This document shows, one piece after another, positions 38,051 through 53,103 of a DNA stretch of 64,000 nt. Source of the stretch: Pseudogymnoascus verrucosus (lineage: Eukaryota); NCBI GenBank assembly GCA_001662655.1, contig KV460211.1. One strand, 5' to 3'. A model generated the notes under the pieces. It ran no database searches and had not been told where the DNA came from. It saw only the letters and a program-made list of their open reading frames with translations. The first letter of the stretch is position 1; the number at the start of each line of letters is the position of its first letter. The position numbers and the translations under genes were made by a program.

Positions 38051-39717
38051 ATGCATTCAAATTTGTTCCAGGCAACCCAAGCGGCGAGCTTGCTCCTCAC
38101 GGCTGGCTCCTTGCTCCCTATCGCAGCCGCAAAGACCGCGGCGGAATGGCGTGAACTGTCCATTTACCAGGTCTTGACCGACCGATTTGCAACAACTGAT
38201 GGCTCTTCCCCAAGTTGTGGGATCACAGACTACTGCGGTGGTACATGGAAAGGGCTGGAGAATAAGCTTGATTACATCCAGGGAATGGGGTTTGAGGCAG
38301 TTTGGATCTCTCCAGTGTAACGTCTTTTGTATCCAGCCAAATAACAGTTGACTGACACTGTATTAGCGTTCATAACATCGACGGGAGTACTCCTGCCGGC
38401 TATGCGTATCATGGGTGTGCGTTTTACTTCTAACCCGCACTCTCTATCTATGAGGGTATTCTAACATTGAAGATAGATTGGGCTGATAACCCTTACACGC
38501 TCAACGACCACTTTGGCACTACAGATGATCTTAAGAGCCTTTCAGATGCTCTCCATGGGCGTGGCATGTCACTGATGGTCGACGTTGTAATCAATCACTT
38601 CGGATCAATCCAGGATTCAGGCTCGGTAGACTACAGTGCATACCCTTCGCCGTTCGATGCCGCGTCAGCCTTCCATTCACCTTGCGCAATTGACTATACG
38701 AGCCAAACGTCCATCGAGAATTGCTGGGTTGTGACTTCGCCTGCCCCTTCTCTACCTGATGTCAATTCTGAAGACGCATCCGTCTTCGGAGCTCTAGTGG
38801 ATAGTGTCGTTGACCTTGTTAGCAACTATAGCATTGACGGCATCCGTCTTGATACGGCCAAGCATGTCCCAAAAGAATACCTCACTCAGTTCCAGGAGGC
38901 AGTCGGTGTCTTTGTGACAGGAGAGGCCTTGGATGGGGACCCAGCATATGTCTCGGGATATCAAGGCCCACTCAACAGCTTGATCAATTACCCACTCTGG
39001 TACGATCTCATCAGATCTTTTATGGGTGGGAGCTTCGATGGCCTCGCAGCAATGATTAGCACTGAAGCTACATCTTTCTCCGACGTTAACGTCCTGACGA
39101 ACTTCCTCGATAACCACGACCAACCTCGCATTGCGAGCCAGTCCGGCGACGATGAGGTCAAAGACAAAAACGCGGTGACATTCCTGATGTTCACTTCTGG
39201 GATTCCTATGGTCTACTACGGCTTTGAGCAGCGATTCACCGGTGCAGCTGACCCAAACAACCGCGAAACGCTCTGGACCAGCGGTTACAACACCGACACG
39301 ACGCTGTACAAGTATATTACACAACTACACGAGATCAGGGACATCGCGTCGAATGTTACTGACAAGGCAACCTATTTCTCCTCCAATGTGGCAGTCCTTG
39401 GCACTTCGAACGAATATATGGCCCTGCAGCGTGGGCCTGCCGTGGTGGTGGTGTCAAATGTCGGTGCCGCGGGCACCAGTGACAGCTTCAGCGTCACAGG
39501 GTCGACGTTTTCTTCTGGAGACTCAATTGTTGATCTCCTAGACTGTACTGCGGCAACTGTTGGCGACTCTGGCGCATTCACAAGCCCATCGGCCAATGGG
39601 GAAGCTAGAGTAAGTGATCATAACACCCCTGCCCCTTATGAATCGAGACATTAGATGGCTGACTTTCCCGCGTAGATCTGGGTACAAACGGAGAACAAGG
39701 GCAGCTTCTGTCCTTGA
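38051..39717 (+). CDS. amyA: Secreted alpha-amylase, GH13 (Taka-amylase type), no CBM20
   Basis: Signal peptide; SIYQVLTDRFA, YCGGTWKG, GYAYHGYW, MVDVVINH, GIRLDTAKHV (nucleophile), TGEALDG (acid/base), FLDNHD. Exons 38051-38316, 38367-38416, 38477-39609, 39676-39717. Confidence 0.95.
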
Positions 39718-40088
39718 GGTTATGTGGTTGAAGAGAATTTATAGTTCGAATATATGTTGAGGCGCTTCAAACTATTTGGTCGGGTAAGACCTGGGTCAGC
39801 GGCTCATCTCAGTAGCCTTGCAAGAAACTATCGAGCCTCTGGTAGTATTGTGAGCACGGTATAGGCTAGAATACTTAGGCAAAAAATATATAAATGCCGA
39901 ATTTGCTAGAATTTGCTCTTATACCAGACGCTCAGGAACCAGCTTCCCCTCGAGGCAAACGTGTAGCCACTGAGCTGGCTTCCCGCTTGCCTGAAGGGGG
40001 GGGACTGGTCCCTAAGGCTCCAGCCACTTCCATAAGCGTCCGGACGAACTATATGTATCAGCTCAAGCTGCTGCCCTTTAATTCCAAA

Positions 40089-40363
40089 GGTCTGATGGTC
40101 TAGTGGTAAGGCACCGCTTCTCAACTTCCGATTTTGGGCCTTCGGCACTCAAACCCCTTGGATACTTGCGGATTTGCGGATGAGAAATCAGCGAGGGAGA
40201 GAGTATGGGTGGTTGGTTGGTTGGTTGGCAGGTGGGTGAGAGGCTAGGGTTTCCTTCCGCCGTTCTTCTTTTTTGTGATCTGGTCAGTTTTGGGCCTAAT
40301 GAGGGATTCTTGGCCAACGGGAAATCTCCTAAAAGATCTCCAGTTCAATCCTGGATCAGACCA
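40089..40363 (+). tRNA. tRNA-like gene interrupted by ~190 nt (pseudo-tRNA or long-intron tRNA); anticodon ambiguous (TCA or CTC)
   Basis: Acceptor stem GGTCTGA (40089-40095)/TCAGACC (40356-40362) + A; A-box TGGTCTAGTGG; T-arm TCCAG-TTCAATC-CTGGA; T-rich Pol III-type terminator directly downstream. Confidence 0.7.
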
Positions 40364-40866
40364 TTATTTTTTGGCTTTTTTTATATATGTTTTTAGAACG
40401 CTTTCTGAACGTTGGTGAGGGGGCGGCTGCGTGCAATGTGTTCATCTAGGAGTTGAACCCGAGTCCTACGTGCACTTTCATAAAAATTCCAAAACACTCA
40501 AGCTTAGACTCGAGCTGCAAGAGTGCCACATAAATCCTAAGTATATGTAGTGATTGCGTGCAAGGGATAGAGCTTTCATCTACCATATCGTGATAGTAGT
40601 CTATTTCTCAAACATAGCAATGGAGACATCTGTGGCATGGCCAAGGGTTATTGTGTGCTGAGGCAGTCACATAGGTATCATCAGGGATAACTCAGTAGCG
40701 TCAATAAATTTAGAGCCTCTGAAGGGCCAGTATTCAATAATTTCTAGTATCTACATAGATATAGTAACCGTAAACGCGCCATGGCGTCCTTTGTGCGAGG
40801 CTTCTTTATGGTCGGAAGCCGTCTACTCATATCCAAGATACCCTTTATCCTCCCTCGGCTGCCATA

Positions 40867-41740
40867 TTACGCTTGGGTAGTGGAGTTGCTCGTTTCATTG
40901 CCTCCCGGGCTGCCTGAGATGGCAATGTCAGAACAAGTGAGGTATACCTGCCCTGTCTGGAAAGAGTTCCAGCGTAGAGAAAGGAGGGTGTGCTCAGAGC
41001 TATAGTCGGGGATCTTGATCTTCTTGGATACGGTGTAGCCACCTGCAATCGATGTATAGCAGGAGTTGAGTGCTGCATTGTCAACACCCTTGCACTTTGT
41101 CTGGTCGCCGGCACTGAAGCCGTTGCATGTAAACCAGTCGTTGCGGTAGCAGGCCTCCCCAGAGGCACAATCGGGATTGTACCCGCAGTCCTGCCCAGAG
41201 ACATCGGTGCAGTCCAAAGTACCGGCCTGGAAGCAAGTCTCCGCTTCCTGCTTCTCTGCGTCGGTAGGTAGGTAGCTTGCATCCAGGAACTTGTCGACAA
41301 TGGTCTGGTCTTGGCAGATTCGGTAACTGAACATGCCACCATGGTCCCCATTGGCGTCTACACACCACTGCACATCGACAATGTCGCCGGCTGCATAGGT
41401 TTCGACGGGGGCCTTGCCCCAGTTGTCTGACGGCTGGTTGTAGTCAATGCTGACGCGGGCATTATAGCCACAGGGGCCACTCCTTCCGACTGGGGCAGCT
41501 GTGAGGTCAGGCCACGCTGATACAGGCTCAAGAATGGTACACTCCGGGCATGAATCTAAGTTGGCCTAGTAAGGACTATTAGCTAACAATTCACTTTTGG
41601 CATGTCCAGTAACTCATGCTGAGTGGAATAGTACGCACCTCGACCCCAAGGCCAGTGCGACTTTGGGGAACGATGAGGTAGCCATGTCCGTAGACAGATG
41701 TAGCTAGGCTGAGGGCGGTTAACGCGATGAGTGCCACCAT
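40867..41740 (-). CDS. Starch-active lytic polysaccharide monooxygenase, AA13, no CBM20
   Basis: Signal peptide ends at mature His1 ([14 protein letters not shown]); [35 protein letters not shown] (second His), [13 protein letters not shown] (axial Tyr). Intron 41566-41638. Confidence 0.95.
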
Positions 41741-42408
41741 ATTTGCTGATTTTCAGTGAATGAACTTGCGAATTTGGACAAGGTGTGTAAGGTGAGAATG
41801 GTAGGCTATAGTAAAAATTCTATGACTATGGGCTGAGTTGACATATGGGGGATTGTTTCTCTCTTTATAATTATCTCAACGATCTTGAAACATATTTGAT
41901 CGGCGTCGTTCGTTTCTTTCTCTCATAAATTCGCAGCTACTAGATAGACCGCTGCTGATACAAAAGAGTTGCAAGAGTTCCAATATGAGGCAAGGCCTAA
42001 TGCGGTCTAGTATTTCGGCACAACCCCAACTTTCAGCCCTTAATAGAGGGTCCGACAAATGTCAATCGAATGCCGATCAAGAAAAACATAGCACGAGGCA
42101 AGAGCACGATCGACAGCCAATATAAAACGACGCGGGAAACCAGCATGGGGTGCCGTCATCGGATGTTGGCCCGCGACGATCTCTCGGCTAGAGCATATCC
42201 AAGGATTTTGCATCGCCGACGAGAGCCCGCATCACTTCATGCAATAATAGTGCACACTGCCCTGAAGCTTGTGTCTCTTCCACGGATGATCTATCTCATA
42301 CGTATGCGGGGTAGGCTAGCAAAGCGAGTCCACTATCCGAAACACCGCCATCAAATTAAGAATGCACAGCAAAAGGCTAATTAACGATCGGCGTAGGGCA
42401 TCCATGGG

Positions 42409-42422
42409 CCGATGCAGGACCG
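42409..42422 (-). promoter_or_regulatory. AmyR-type CGG-N8-CGG site upstream of AA13
   Basis: CCG-ATGCAGGA-CCG on the + strand, ~670 bp upstream of the AA13 ATG; a short motif that could occur by chance. Confidence 0.4.
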
Positions 42423-42438
42423 ATAGAGGGTATGTTTA

Positions 42439-42555
42439 AGCGGATTTGCGATGTTGCTTGCCTTTATTGGAATACAGAAGAGGGGATTCGCCGAGAGCGG
42501 ATGTGCGTTGTTGATTGCCTTTCTTAGAATCTAGAAGAGGGAATTCACCGAGAGC
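42439..42555. repeat. 57 bp tandem duplication
   Basis: agcggatttgcgatgttgcttgcctttattggaatacagaagaggggattcgccgag followed by agcggatgtgcgttgttgattgcctttcttagaatctagaagagggaattcaccgag. Confidence 0.85.
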
Positions 42556-43431
42556 CTGGTGTGATTAAACACGCGGCTGCTGGGAACGCAGGCAGCAGGT
42601 AAGTAGCGTAGTTTATGCCAATTTATTACGCCGAAAGGCGCTCTTTTTGCGGGATTGATTCGGTAGAAGGAAGTACGGGGTATTAAGATCGTGGAGAAAA
42701 TGGTCTGGGGTGCGTATCACGTCAGGAGTTGTTACGGCCATAGTAACTCCAATTCATGCGTCATGGTTATGCTAGATATGCACCCTAATTCATAGAGATT
42801 ATGAGAAATAAATTATGGAGAGCTCATGGTTGAGCAGGCCCCGAAATACCCCCGCGGCAAGGCAATCCGTACATCTTTTGTAAAAGCCTGAGATGACCAA
42901 GGCACTGTTTAGACAATTTCGGCCACCACGACGTCGACATCATGCAAGTTGGCCATCTGCTCCATCTCAGCAATCGCACATATCGGAGGAAAATTAAACG
43001 CCGACGGTGGCTGTTTAGAACAATACAGCGTATCAGCTGAGTTTATCATCACTGTTTTGGACCATTGTTAGTGTGGCCATCGTTGGGGCATAGTGCCCAT
43101 TTCCCTAACCTCGTTATCATAATTGTACTTCTCGTGCTTCGATATTCCTTTCGTGCGCACGGAAACACCCCCCATTTTTGGTATCTCAGCCATGGTAGTG
43201 CTTTCAGAGGATTTATTTGATGAAATCATTGTATTTTATTTTATAAGAACTATGGATCTGCAAAGATGTTATGTGAATGCGAGAGCTATGCACTGCGGTG
43301 ACCCTTTCTCCCAAACATAAGTTAAACACTCCAACGGGGCCTATCTTTTGAGAACCATGGCCATTCTATCGAATAGTTAGCAAAACATCAAAGAAATATT
43401 TGCAATGAGCTACCAATACATACATACATAG

Positions 43432-46400
43432 CTAGGCTGTATTTAGGGGAAGAGCAATGATCTTCTCCGAGGCATGCTCTGCCATCGTAACGATAAGGGC
43501 TGAGGGATTGGTAGATGGCAATCCAGGGAAAAGACTCGCATCTACGACGAAGATATTATCTGTGCCATAGACCTTGGTATCTGTATCAACGACAGATGTT
43601 CCGCCCTCGAGTCCACTGTCAGTTCCGAGTTTGGCGGTTCCAAGCCAGTGGTTTGACCGTCGAGAACCGATGTTCGCGTATGTGAGAGGGACCTAAGGAA
43701 TTGTTAGAAGCTGGATTTAAACTGGTCTGAAACGACATACGCTGGCGAGAAACTCGGCTCCAGTCATATTGAGGGATGATTGAGCTGAACTGGTGCTGGC
43801 TCTAGGCCCGAAGAGATATGTTAGGCCCGGCACCTTCGTCAGGGCATTTGCCATGTTATCGAGCGCCGTGGCAACAACAGCAAGATCGTTCTCGTCTCCG
43901 TACGGAATGGTCGAGACTACCATGTTTAACCCCTTTTGAATAGTGAGTCGTCCTCGAGAGATAGCGCCTCGACCAAGGTAAAGACTCAGTGTCATTACAT
44001 CTATGCTAACTTTAGTTGGTGGTCAAAAGGAGTGGAGGGGAAGAGAGCGTACCATTATCAGCTGGTGCAGTTACGCCGTTAGAAGTTTCAACTCTAGACG
44101 TCCATTGCATCTGCCTCACAATACCGTCCGGCCCTGTAATTTCCTCCCACATCATCGGTCCAATGTCTGCAGCAGCTTGTGCGAGGGGCCCAATACGATT
44201 GCCTGTATGTGTTAGTGACAATACTCTTCTGGTAAAGAGATACGTACTTAGGTAACTAGTCTTATCCGCTTCGATAGGTGAAGTCCAGGATCCCTGCCAA
44301 TCATAATATGATGCCGACATGTTTGGATGTGCAATAACTGTATCAGTCTAATTCTGTTAGAGTCATGTGAAGGTTAGTACGGAATATTCGACTCACGTTG
44401 AGATGGTCACCGAGATTATACCCGACAGGGAGAATGATCCAATCCGTTTCATTGATCATTGTAGGACCATCCGTGCTCGACTTAACGACTTCCAGCTGGT
44501 CTTGTGGGCCAATTCCACCTTGATTCGCGTTAGGCGTTACTCAATATTCGTGAACAGGATAACTTACTTCTGAAGAGTAGCTTTGAGGTCCCAAAGGCGC
44601 CAGCAGATACGATGACTCTCCCTGTAGTTGGGGTCAACTGAATCGTACCCTGATAGCCCCCATTTTGAGTAGGGATAACCTCGAGACCGGTGGCATGTCC
44701 ACCAGTACGGACAATCCTCTCCACACTCGTATTCAACCACAAGTCGAAGTTTGGTCTTGCCATCGCAGAAACTAGATAAGTAGCCATGGGTCCACCTCGT
44801 TCGCCGTTGCTGTACATATACGGGGTATGTGCGTATGTCCTATTCTTTTGAGAAGGCACCTCATTTGCAGTGACACTCGTCCAGCCCGCACTTGACAATC
44901 CTTGTGATACAACATCAAAGCCGGTCTGCAGATAGCGCTGGCCATCCATTGAAGGATGGTCAGTGCCTGGAATGCGGGAAAATACTCGAGATGAAGCAGA
45001 TTCCATGTCGGTAGACTTCCAGCCCGGTGGAAAATTGTAATCCCAGTCTTCGGGGTGTGGCTATCGCGTAGTCAGTGTCCATCATTCAGAAGTCCAAATA
45101 ATGGCTACTTACATTCCACCATAGGCCAGAATTAACTGCGGTTCCGCCACCTAGAACACATCCTGCCATTTGATCAATATCAGTGCATGCAGCTGCGCAT
45201 CCCACACAGCTTGTATCAGCCGCTCCCCCAGTCCACATTCTATTACACTCTCCAGGGACATCAAACCAAGTCATGTTGGTGCCGTCGAGCCATCCACTAG
45301 GGGGTCGGATAGCTAAAAATGAGTTGTTAGCTATGAGGAAAGAAAGGGAGCATAAACTAACTTCCCCCCCATCTAGCTGAGGATGCAACGCCCTTCTCAA
45401 CGAGCAGCACGGATTTTCCATACTCTGAAAGTTTATCGGCAAGAGGAATTCCACCAGCCCCACCTCCAATGACCACATAATCGTAAGTAGAGGTGGGAAC
45501 CAGGTTTGACGAGAAGGTAGCAGTAGGGCCCGCTGTTCCACTGACAGAGGTTGCGGTCGCAGTCATGCTTGCCCAAATCGAATATGAAGCCTGTGTAGCG
45601 GACGCCACTTCAACTTTGAATTCTCCCATTCCATTGTTGTGTTGTGCAATATCAGAATTGGCGTTTTCTGGGTCATTCGGGGCCTCGGTGGACTGAGCCC
45701 AGCCCTGCTCAAATTGGCCATTGGAGGTTGAGATATTGAACGGTGTCTGAGAAGGGTCATCAAAGATAAGACATCGATTGCACTTGTAAACCATCACCCA
45801 ATTAGTCTCGTTCACATTCGTGTATAATTGGGTTATCGAGGCGGTTCCGCCGTAGATTTTCGGGGCTAGGTAGCCACTGAATGTATATGTTAGTGCTGGA
45901 CTCAAATCGACCTGGTCCGAGATACACACGTGGCGTATCGCAATGAGGTGGCAATTTCATCGCCGTTCCCAGTCGCCCATGCGAGGAGCATCAGATGATT
46001 TGGCATTTCGGCACTAGAATTCTGACCCTGAACTATACCAGACCATCCTGTGCCATTAGGACGAGAGCCGACCTACCCTATTAGTTTGCGTGTGACAATC
46101 GCTCTTATATTGGGACAAACTAACAAGTAAACCAAGGTAATCATAAGAATCCACTGTTGCAGCATCCTCTGGAAGCGCTATACCCCAGGTAAAACCTCCG
46201 AGTGAAACAGGTGAAAAGAAGCCATCCCCAATAACTGTGCCATTGGGCTCAGAACTGGTGTAAAAGACAATCCCAGTGGTTGGCTCTGTATAGTATCCAT
46301 GGGCTGCAACGTCTTGTGCAGCGACTCCGTGAATATCTGTTTGACTGTTAAGAACTGCTATCTCGATCATGGGCCCCAAAGCCACTTACAGTATAAGGCA

Positions 46401-46438
46401 ACGCCTAGGATAGCGCAAAACAGATTCATTTCTTTCAT
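43432..46438 (-). CDS. cdh: Cellobiose dehydrogenase-type flavocytochrome (AA8 cytochrome b + AA3_1 GMC domain), no CBM1
   Basis: Signal peptide (ATG 46438 or 46429); heme ligands EMPNHLM (Met) and AQHNNG (His); S/T linker; YDYVVIGGGAGG FAD motif; MAGCVLGGGTAVNSGLWW; GERGGP; RSNHWLGTAKLG and STNPS catalytic His/Asn. Multi-exon; no lesion seen in the exons I checked. Confidence 0.9.
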
Positions 46439-46938
46439 GATGGTAGCCAATATACTGGAATTCAAATCATGATACTCGGGAGAGGTTCTGAAAACGGGGG
46501 AAGTTTCTAACATAAGTCTCTAATAACCTTATACATCACAATCAATTGCGGCGTGATCCAGCTCCAACCACTTCCCATCCAACTTTCACTCAAACTCATG
46601 CCAAAAAAACCCCATACTAGATAGCCACTCTTCAGCCACCTGCGACAAAATAATACAGTTTCCAAGGGGCCTACAAACGCGATGAGTAAAGGGCCGAAGC
46701 TTCGGTCTCTCTTATCCAGTATCATATCTTTTTCTGCCCAGCCCTGCTCGCTTGGGTCCTATGCGGCTTTAGATCGGCACGTCCCCTCATCCCCGCATAT
46801 ACGGCCAGGGTATCCCCAGGTGCCGATCAATAAGGTCCCTGCCTGCCGACTAACAAGGGGCGGCACGCACGCCCCACGCCCCGCTAACCTCGACCACGCG
46901 TCTGCCCCGACAGCAGCATCTCCACCCGAGAAGAGTCG

Positions 46939-46963
46939 CCGAACAGCCTCCGAACAGCCTCCG
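46939..46963 (-). promoter_or_regulatory. Double AmyR-type site CGG-N8-CGG-N8-CGG in the divergent cdh/glucoamylase promoter
   Basis: CCG-AACAGCCT-CCG-AACAGCCT-CCG on the + strand; several SYGGRG (CreA-like) matches at ~46790-46885. Confidence 0.55.
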
Positions 46964-47410
46964 ATTACGAACAGCGAGTACGATGCCAGAAAGAAAGAGA
47001 TCTTCAGCCATCATTCCGTCTTCATGGATTAGCATGAGTTAGGGGTATGCCTCGGCTCGCTTATATAGGCCACTTTTGTGATTGCTTGTTTATGGGATCA
47101 GCATAATGCCGAGTAGGGCTTCGGAAGGATGTCGCCTCCACTTACGTCCGTAAGTCTACACTCTCATACTTTAAAAATCACGTTCAAGCCCTATGACGAG
47201 GGTGGAGGTGAATGTTTCACGCCCTACGGCCCGCGTGCTCTCCTCTCCTTTCTCCTTGCTCCACTTCGCTCGTGGGTGCGGATCATCACCATTCCCCATC
47301 GTCACTCCGCACAACCCCCTCCCCTTATCGGACCGTCACGCCAGTCTCCAATTTGTGTCTATCATGGCATCTAACGTCGTTTCAAACTGATCAACCTGTT
47401 TGCGGCCTTC

Positions 47411-47580
47411 ATTCAGTAGATAATGCGCTCTCAAGATTTTTATTCCAGTGCAGCGCCGTGATCGACATCTTTCTACCCTCCGGTCTGGTGTCATTTATTC
47501 AGTAAATGCATTCTCAAGATTTTTATTTCAGTGCAACGCCGTGATCGACATTTTTCTACCCTCCGGCCCGGTGTCATTTC
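47411..47580. repeat. ~82 bp tandem duplication in the glucoamylase promoter
   Basis: tctcaagatttttatt(c/t)cagtgca(g/a)cgccgtgatcgacat(c/t)tttctaccctccgg...ggtgtcattt occurs twice. Confidence 0.9.
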
Positions 47581-47791
47581 TGTTAGATTACTCCGTGCCT
47601 CGTGTTTCTATCATGCTTTTGTCGTCATCACAAAAAAAGAGCGACGATGACAATCAGCACCGTAATGGCCTACAAACTACAAATAGTCTGCATGGACTTT
47701 ATACAGTCCCATCAAGTAAATCCTCAGGAAACCAACACTCGTTCTCTTCCCGCCAGATTTGAATACAACGGATCTTACTTTATTTCTCAAA

Positions 47792-49380
<1,589 letters not shown>

Positions 49381-49760
49381 ATGCGGTCTTTCTGTCGTGG
49401 TGTTGGATGGATGGGGTATTGATGGCCTGGCGCTCCTTTCCGAGATAATTCGATGACGGATATGGAACGACCTTGCCGTTATATTATAGATTGTTTTTTT
49501 TGTTTATGTTGATTTCTTATAAACTAGAATACTAGATACCTATACCCCCCAATAAAACAAACGGGCTCCAGCAATGCGGCATAGCCGACTCAAGGAAGCA
49601 GAGTAGCGAAGTGATATCCCCATCCCCCTAACCCGATGAACTCCAAACCCCCAAATACGCAAGACAATATACTCCTCCACTCCCCCATCCCTCAACCCAG
49701 ATCCAAAACCACCCACCCCTCTATCACACTCCCAATCTAGCCTCCAACAAAACACCCAAT

Positions 49761-52035
49761 CTAAAAGTCAATCAACCCTTCCCACCCAACCCCCCATCCC
49801 TCCTCCGCCCTCCACCCCCTCATCGCCCAAAACGCAATAGCACCCACAACCCCCACCCCACTCACGACCCTAACGACAACCCAAACCGCCTCGCCCACAC
49901 GGTCATGAACCCCTAACAACCCCAATGGATCCTCCCTCCCCCTCCCAACATGATTCATCGCCCCCCTCCTCCTCCCCTCGGACTTGCTTGACCTCCCCCG
50001 TCCTGGAGCTGAAACAGCCACCAGCGTCCCGTCAGCCACGCACTCTCCAAGCCTCTGCGTGAGCCACACAGCGCGTTCGCCGCGTGCTAGAGCCTCGAAG
50101 CGCGCCCGCTCGTTGGCGATGCTGCGTTGGAGGTCTGCGGCCCATGTACTGAGGCGGATATGTGCGAGTTGCTCTTCTCGCTGGGAGTGGTCGGCGATGC
50201 GGGCGAGGGCGAAGGTGTTTGCTGCGCCGAGTGGGGCGCTGAGTATGTTTGATGGTTGAATCGAGGCGGTGAGGGAGCGAGGGATGGAGGAGATGGAAGA
50301 GTGTGTTGATTTTCGGTGGCGGACGAGTTTGAGGGAGGCATGGTGGCGCAGGTAGGAGATTGCGGAGGGGTGGAAGACGTGGGCGATTAGGGCGGGGAGG
50401 TCGGTGGGGACGAGGGGTTGGATGTAGTCTGGTGACATGAGCAGGCTGGCGTCCATGGTCTCGCGGTCGTCGGAGGGGAGGGAGGAGACGGCGTAGGGGG
50501 CTGAGATGCCGGGGTGGGGGAGCCCGCTTTCGGCGATGTTGAGGGGGAGGGGGCGGATGTTGGCGGATTCGAGGTCGCTTGCCATACGGGATTTGAGGTG
50601 CTCGCGCTGCTCGGGTGTGAGGGTGTCGGCTTGGGCGAGGAGTGGGATGATATTGGTGAATTGGGAGAGGCGGCGGAGGTATTCGATGTCTACGGGTTTT
50701 AAGCCTACTTTTGTTAGCAAAGCACAAATGATTTTCTGGAGGAGAACTCACTTTTATTTACAACATATAAGACGGCATCGATTTGAGACCCTCCACCACC
50801 ACTTAGCATGCTGATTAATTCTCCGTCAGAAAGGTCTGCTGAGACGGTACGTTCGTATTGGGACTGGATATAATCCATAACGGGAGTAATGCATTCCATG
50901 CTCTGCCAAAAGTTAGTTATGTTCAATATGGAGAGAGAATGATACCCACAGATATCCCACCACTATAGCCTGGTGTATCGACAAAGCAGAGGTTACGCTC
51001 CAGAACTGTATCACCCATGCTTCTCCTCCTTCGAAGAATCTTGGAATCTTCAGATTCCGACCACCAACTAGGATACGCCCTTGTGCTCGCAAACACTTCG
51101 GTGATTTTTGTGGTTGAATGTGTACGCATCGTATCCTTGGACTTCCGCCTGGAGCTCCTCAGCGTCTCAGACGCAGTTAAGGGTATGGATTCGAGAGGGT
51201 CGACGTGCACAATATCGGAACAGCTCTGCACAATAGACTTAATGAGGGATGTCTTTCCAACTCCTATATAAAGTCAGTAATCATTCATTGTTCACCCTGG
51301 GCACCACGTGAGAGACATACCAGAATCGCCAGCGATCAGGATCTTAAGCCTCCCCATATTCTTTCCCTTGTCCGTAAATGGCCTCCTGCTCGGCATTTGC
51401 AGACTCGGCATTACCAGCTGTGAGCTGCTGCTGCCTTCCATGACATCCGGTGGCTGGGTAGTGTCCTCGTCTCCACTTGAAACTATAGCCTGACTCCCGC
51501 CGTCATCGGTCAGGAAGTCAATCTCAGAGGGTTGTCGTGTGTGCGGAAATGTTGAAATGGAGCCCAGCATGGGCGATTCGAGGAAGGAGGGTGTTGCTGA
51601 GAGCGGTGCTGTATTTGGAAGGGTTCGCCGTGGCTCGGCCGGTGAAGTGTTCCTCGTGACGTCTGGAGAGGACACGCTCGACGGGGAGTATGAGCCACCA
51701 AGGTCTTCAGAGCTTGTCCTGCTCATATTGAATTTCTTGCCGCGGCTTCGCGTATTCCGACCCTCGTCGGTGGTATCTTGGTCGTAACTGTCTTGTGATG
51801 CTATCGTCTCGATGCTCTCAACGCCGTAGTTGCTTCGCTTGAGGTGATCGCGGAGATAACGCTGATTGGAGCTGTTTGAGACAGACCTGTCAAGCGAAGC
51901 TTCCATGGACTTCTCGTCGGCTAGGAAGAAGGTCATCGGTGGTTGATCTGGTCGTGCGAGCGGAGTGGCCTTATCGCCGTCGCTGGATGTCCGGGAGCGG
52001 GAGGAGAAGGCATCATCGCCAGGTATAGGCCGCAT
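49761..52035 (-). CDS. Septin-like P-loop GTPase-domain protein with C-terminal membrane anchor
   Basis: RLKILIAGDSG|VGKTSLIKS (P-loop split by an intron), NLCFVDTPGY, DIEYLRRLSQFTNIIPLLAQAD, hydrophobic C-terminal helix; three or more introns. Confidence 0.75.
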
Positions 52036-53103
52036 GTTGGCGGGGTGTGTCCGAGGTAGTCGTATTCACAGTTGGGGCAGGGCTGATCATATCATGCCAA
52101 AGAGTTAGTTGTATGTATGAAGACAGGAGAAGCTGAATCAGGTAGCGGAGATGTTGTTGAGTTGTAGGTGAGGCACGAGATACGTGTAGTATATATTCAG
52201 ACCATCATATCACGATCTCTCTCTATTACCAGACCGTTGGGATGAGGTGGGATGGGGGTTGAATGTACTATTAAGGTAACTACGTATGATCAGTTGTATG
52301 GTTGAATAGCTGTGATTAGACACAGACGAGTACCACTCAAGGTACAACACAGCACCACTTGACCCCGCGGTGTCAGCCTATCACAACCAATCAGAGCCAA
52401 TCAGAGGCTATCAACCAAAAGTCCCCATATCAAAGAGCGGAAGGCTGCGACCCAAGGCTATATTGCCTAAACAGGTCAAGCGTGGCCTCGCCTCCCACCC
52501 ATCCCACTCAATCATCCCACTCCCCCTCTTCCAATCAACCACACACGTACTGTCCCCGTACTGATCTCGTACTGTACATCTTATCCCAACGGCGGCAACT
52601 CAGCGCTATTCTTTGGTTGATACTCCCACTGGAACACTGCTGTACTCGCTATAACTCAACTAACTTGATCCCTCTTTAGCGCCCGACAATCTTCAATTAG
52701 AGCCCTGGTTATCCACTAGATTCTCCCCAAATAGTGGTGCAATAGTGGTGCCTCGTGGAGCCTGATACCTGGTAACTTGGTTACGATTGTCACCGACGGG
52801 ACGACCCCATCCCTCGAAAGAAGAAAAGCACCTCCTAGTCCCCGTCGTCCAGTCTCCATACTGGCATCCTCAACAACGGCGTCCTCTATCGGGTCTAACG
52901 ACGCGAATAAACAAATACTTAAGCAGCTCTGCTCTCCCGCCTCCCTCCTCTTCGATCCACGCTACACTGCGGCGCCAAAACCTTCAGCCCGCCCACCCTT
53001 CCGCACCTTTCCTCCCTCTCCCCGCGGCGAGAGACGCCCTCCAACAAGGCTACCCAGCACCATCAGTGTCCATACCCTCGACTCCGAAGCCCTCACCGCA
53101 ACC

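Noticed and set aside
40449..40465. Second B-box-like word (GGTTCAACTCC, minus strand)
   Set aside because: Poor T-stem pairing and no acceptor stem or A-box found.
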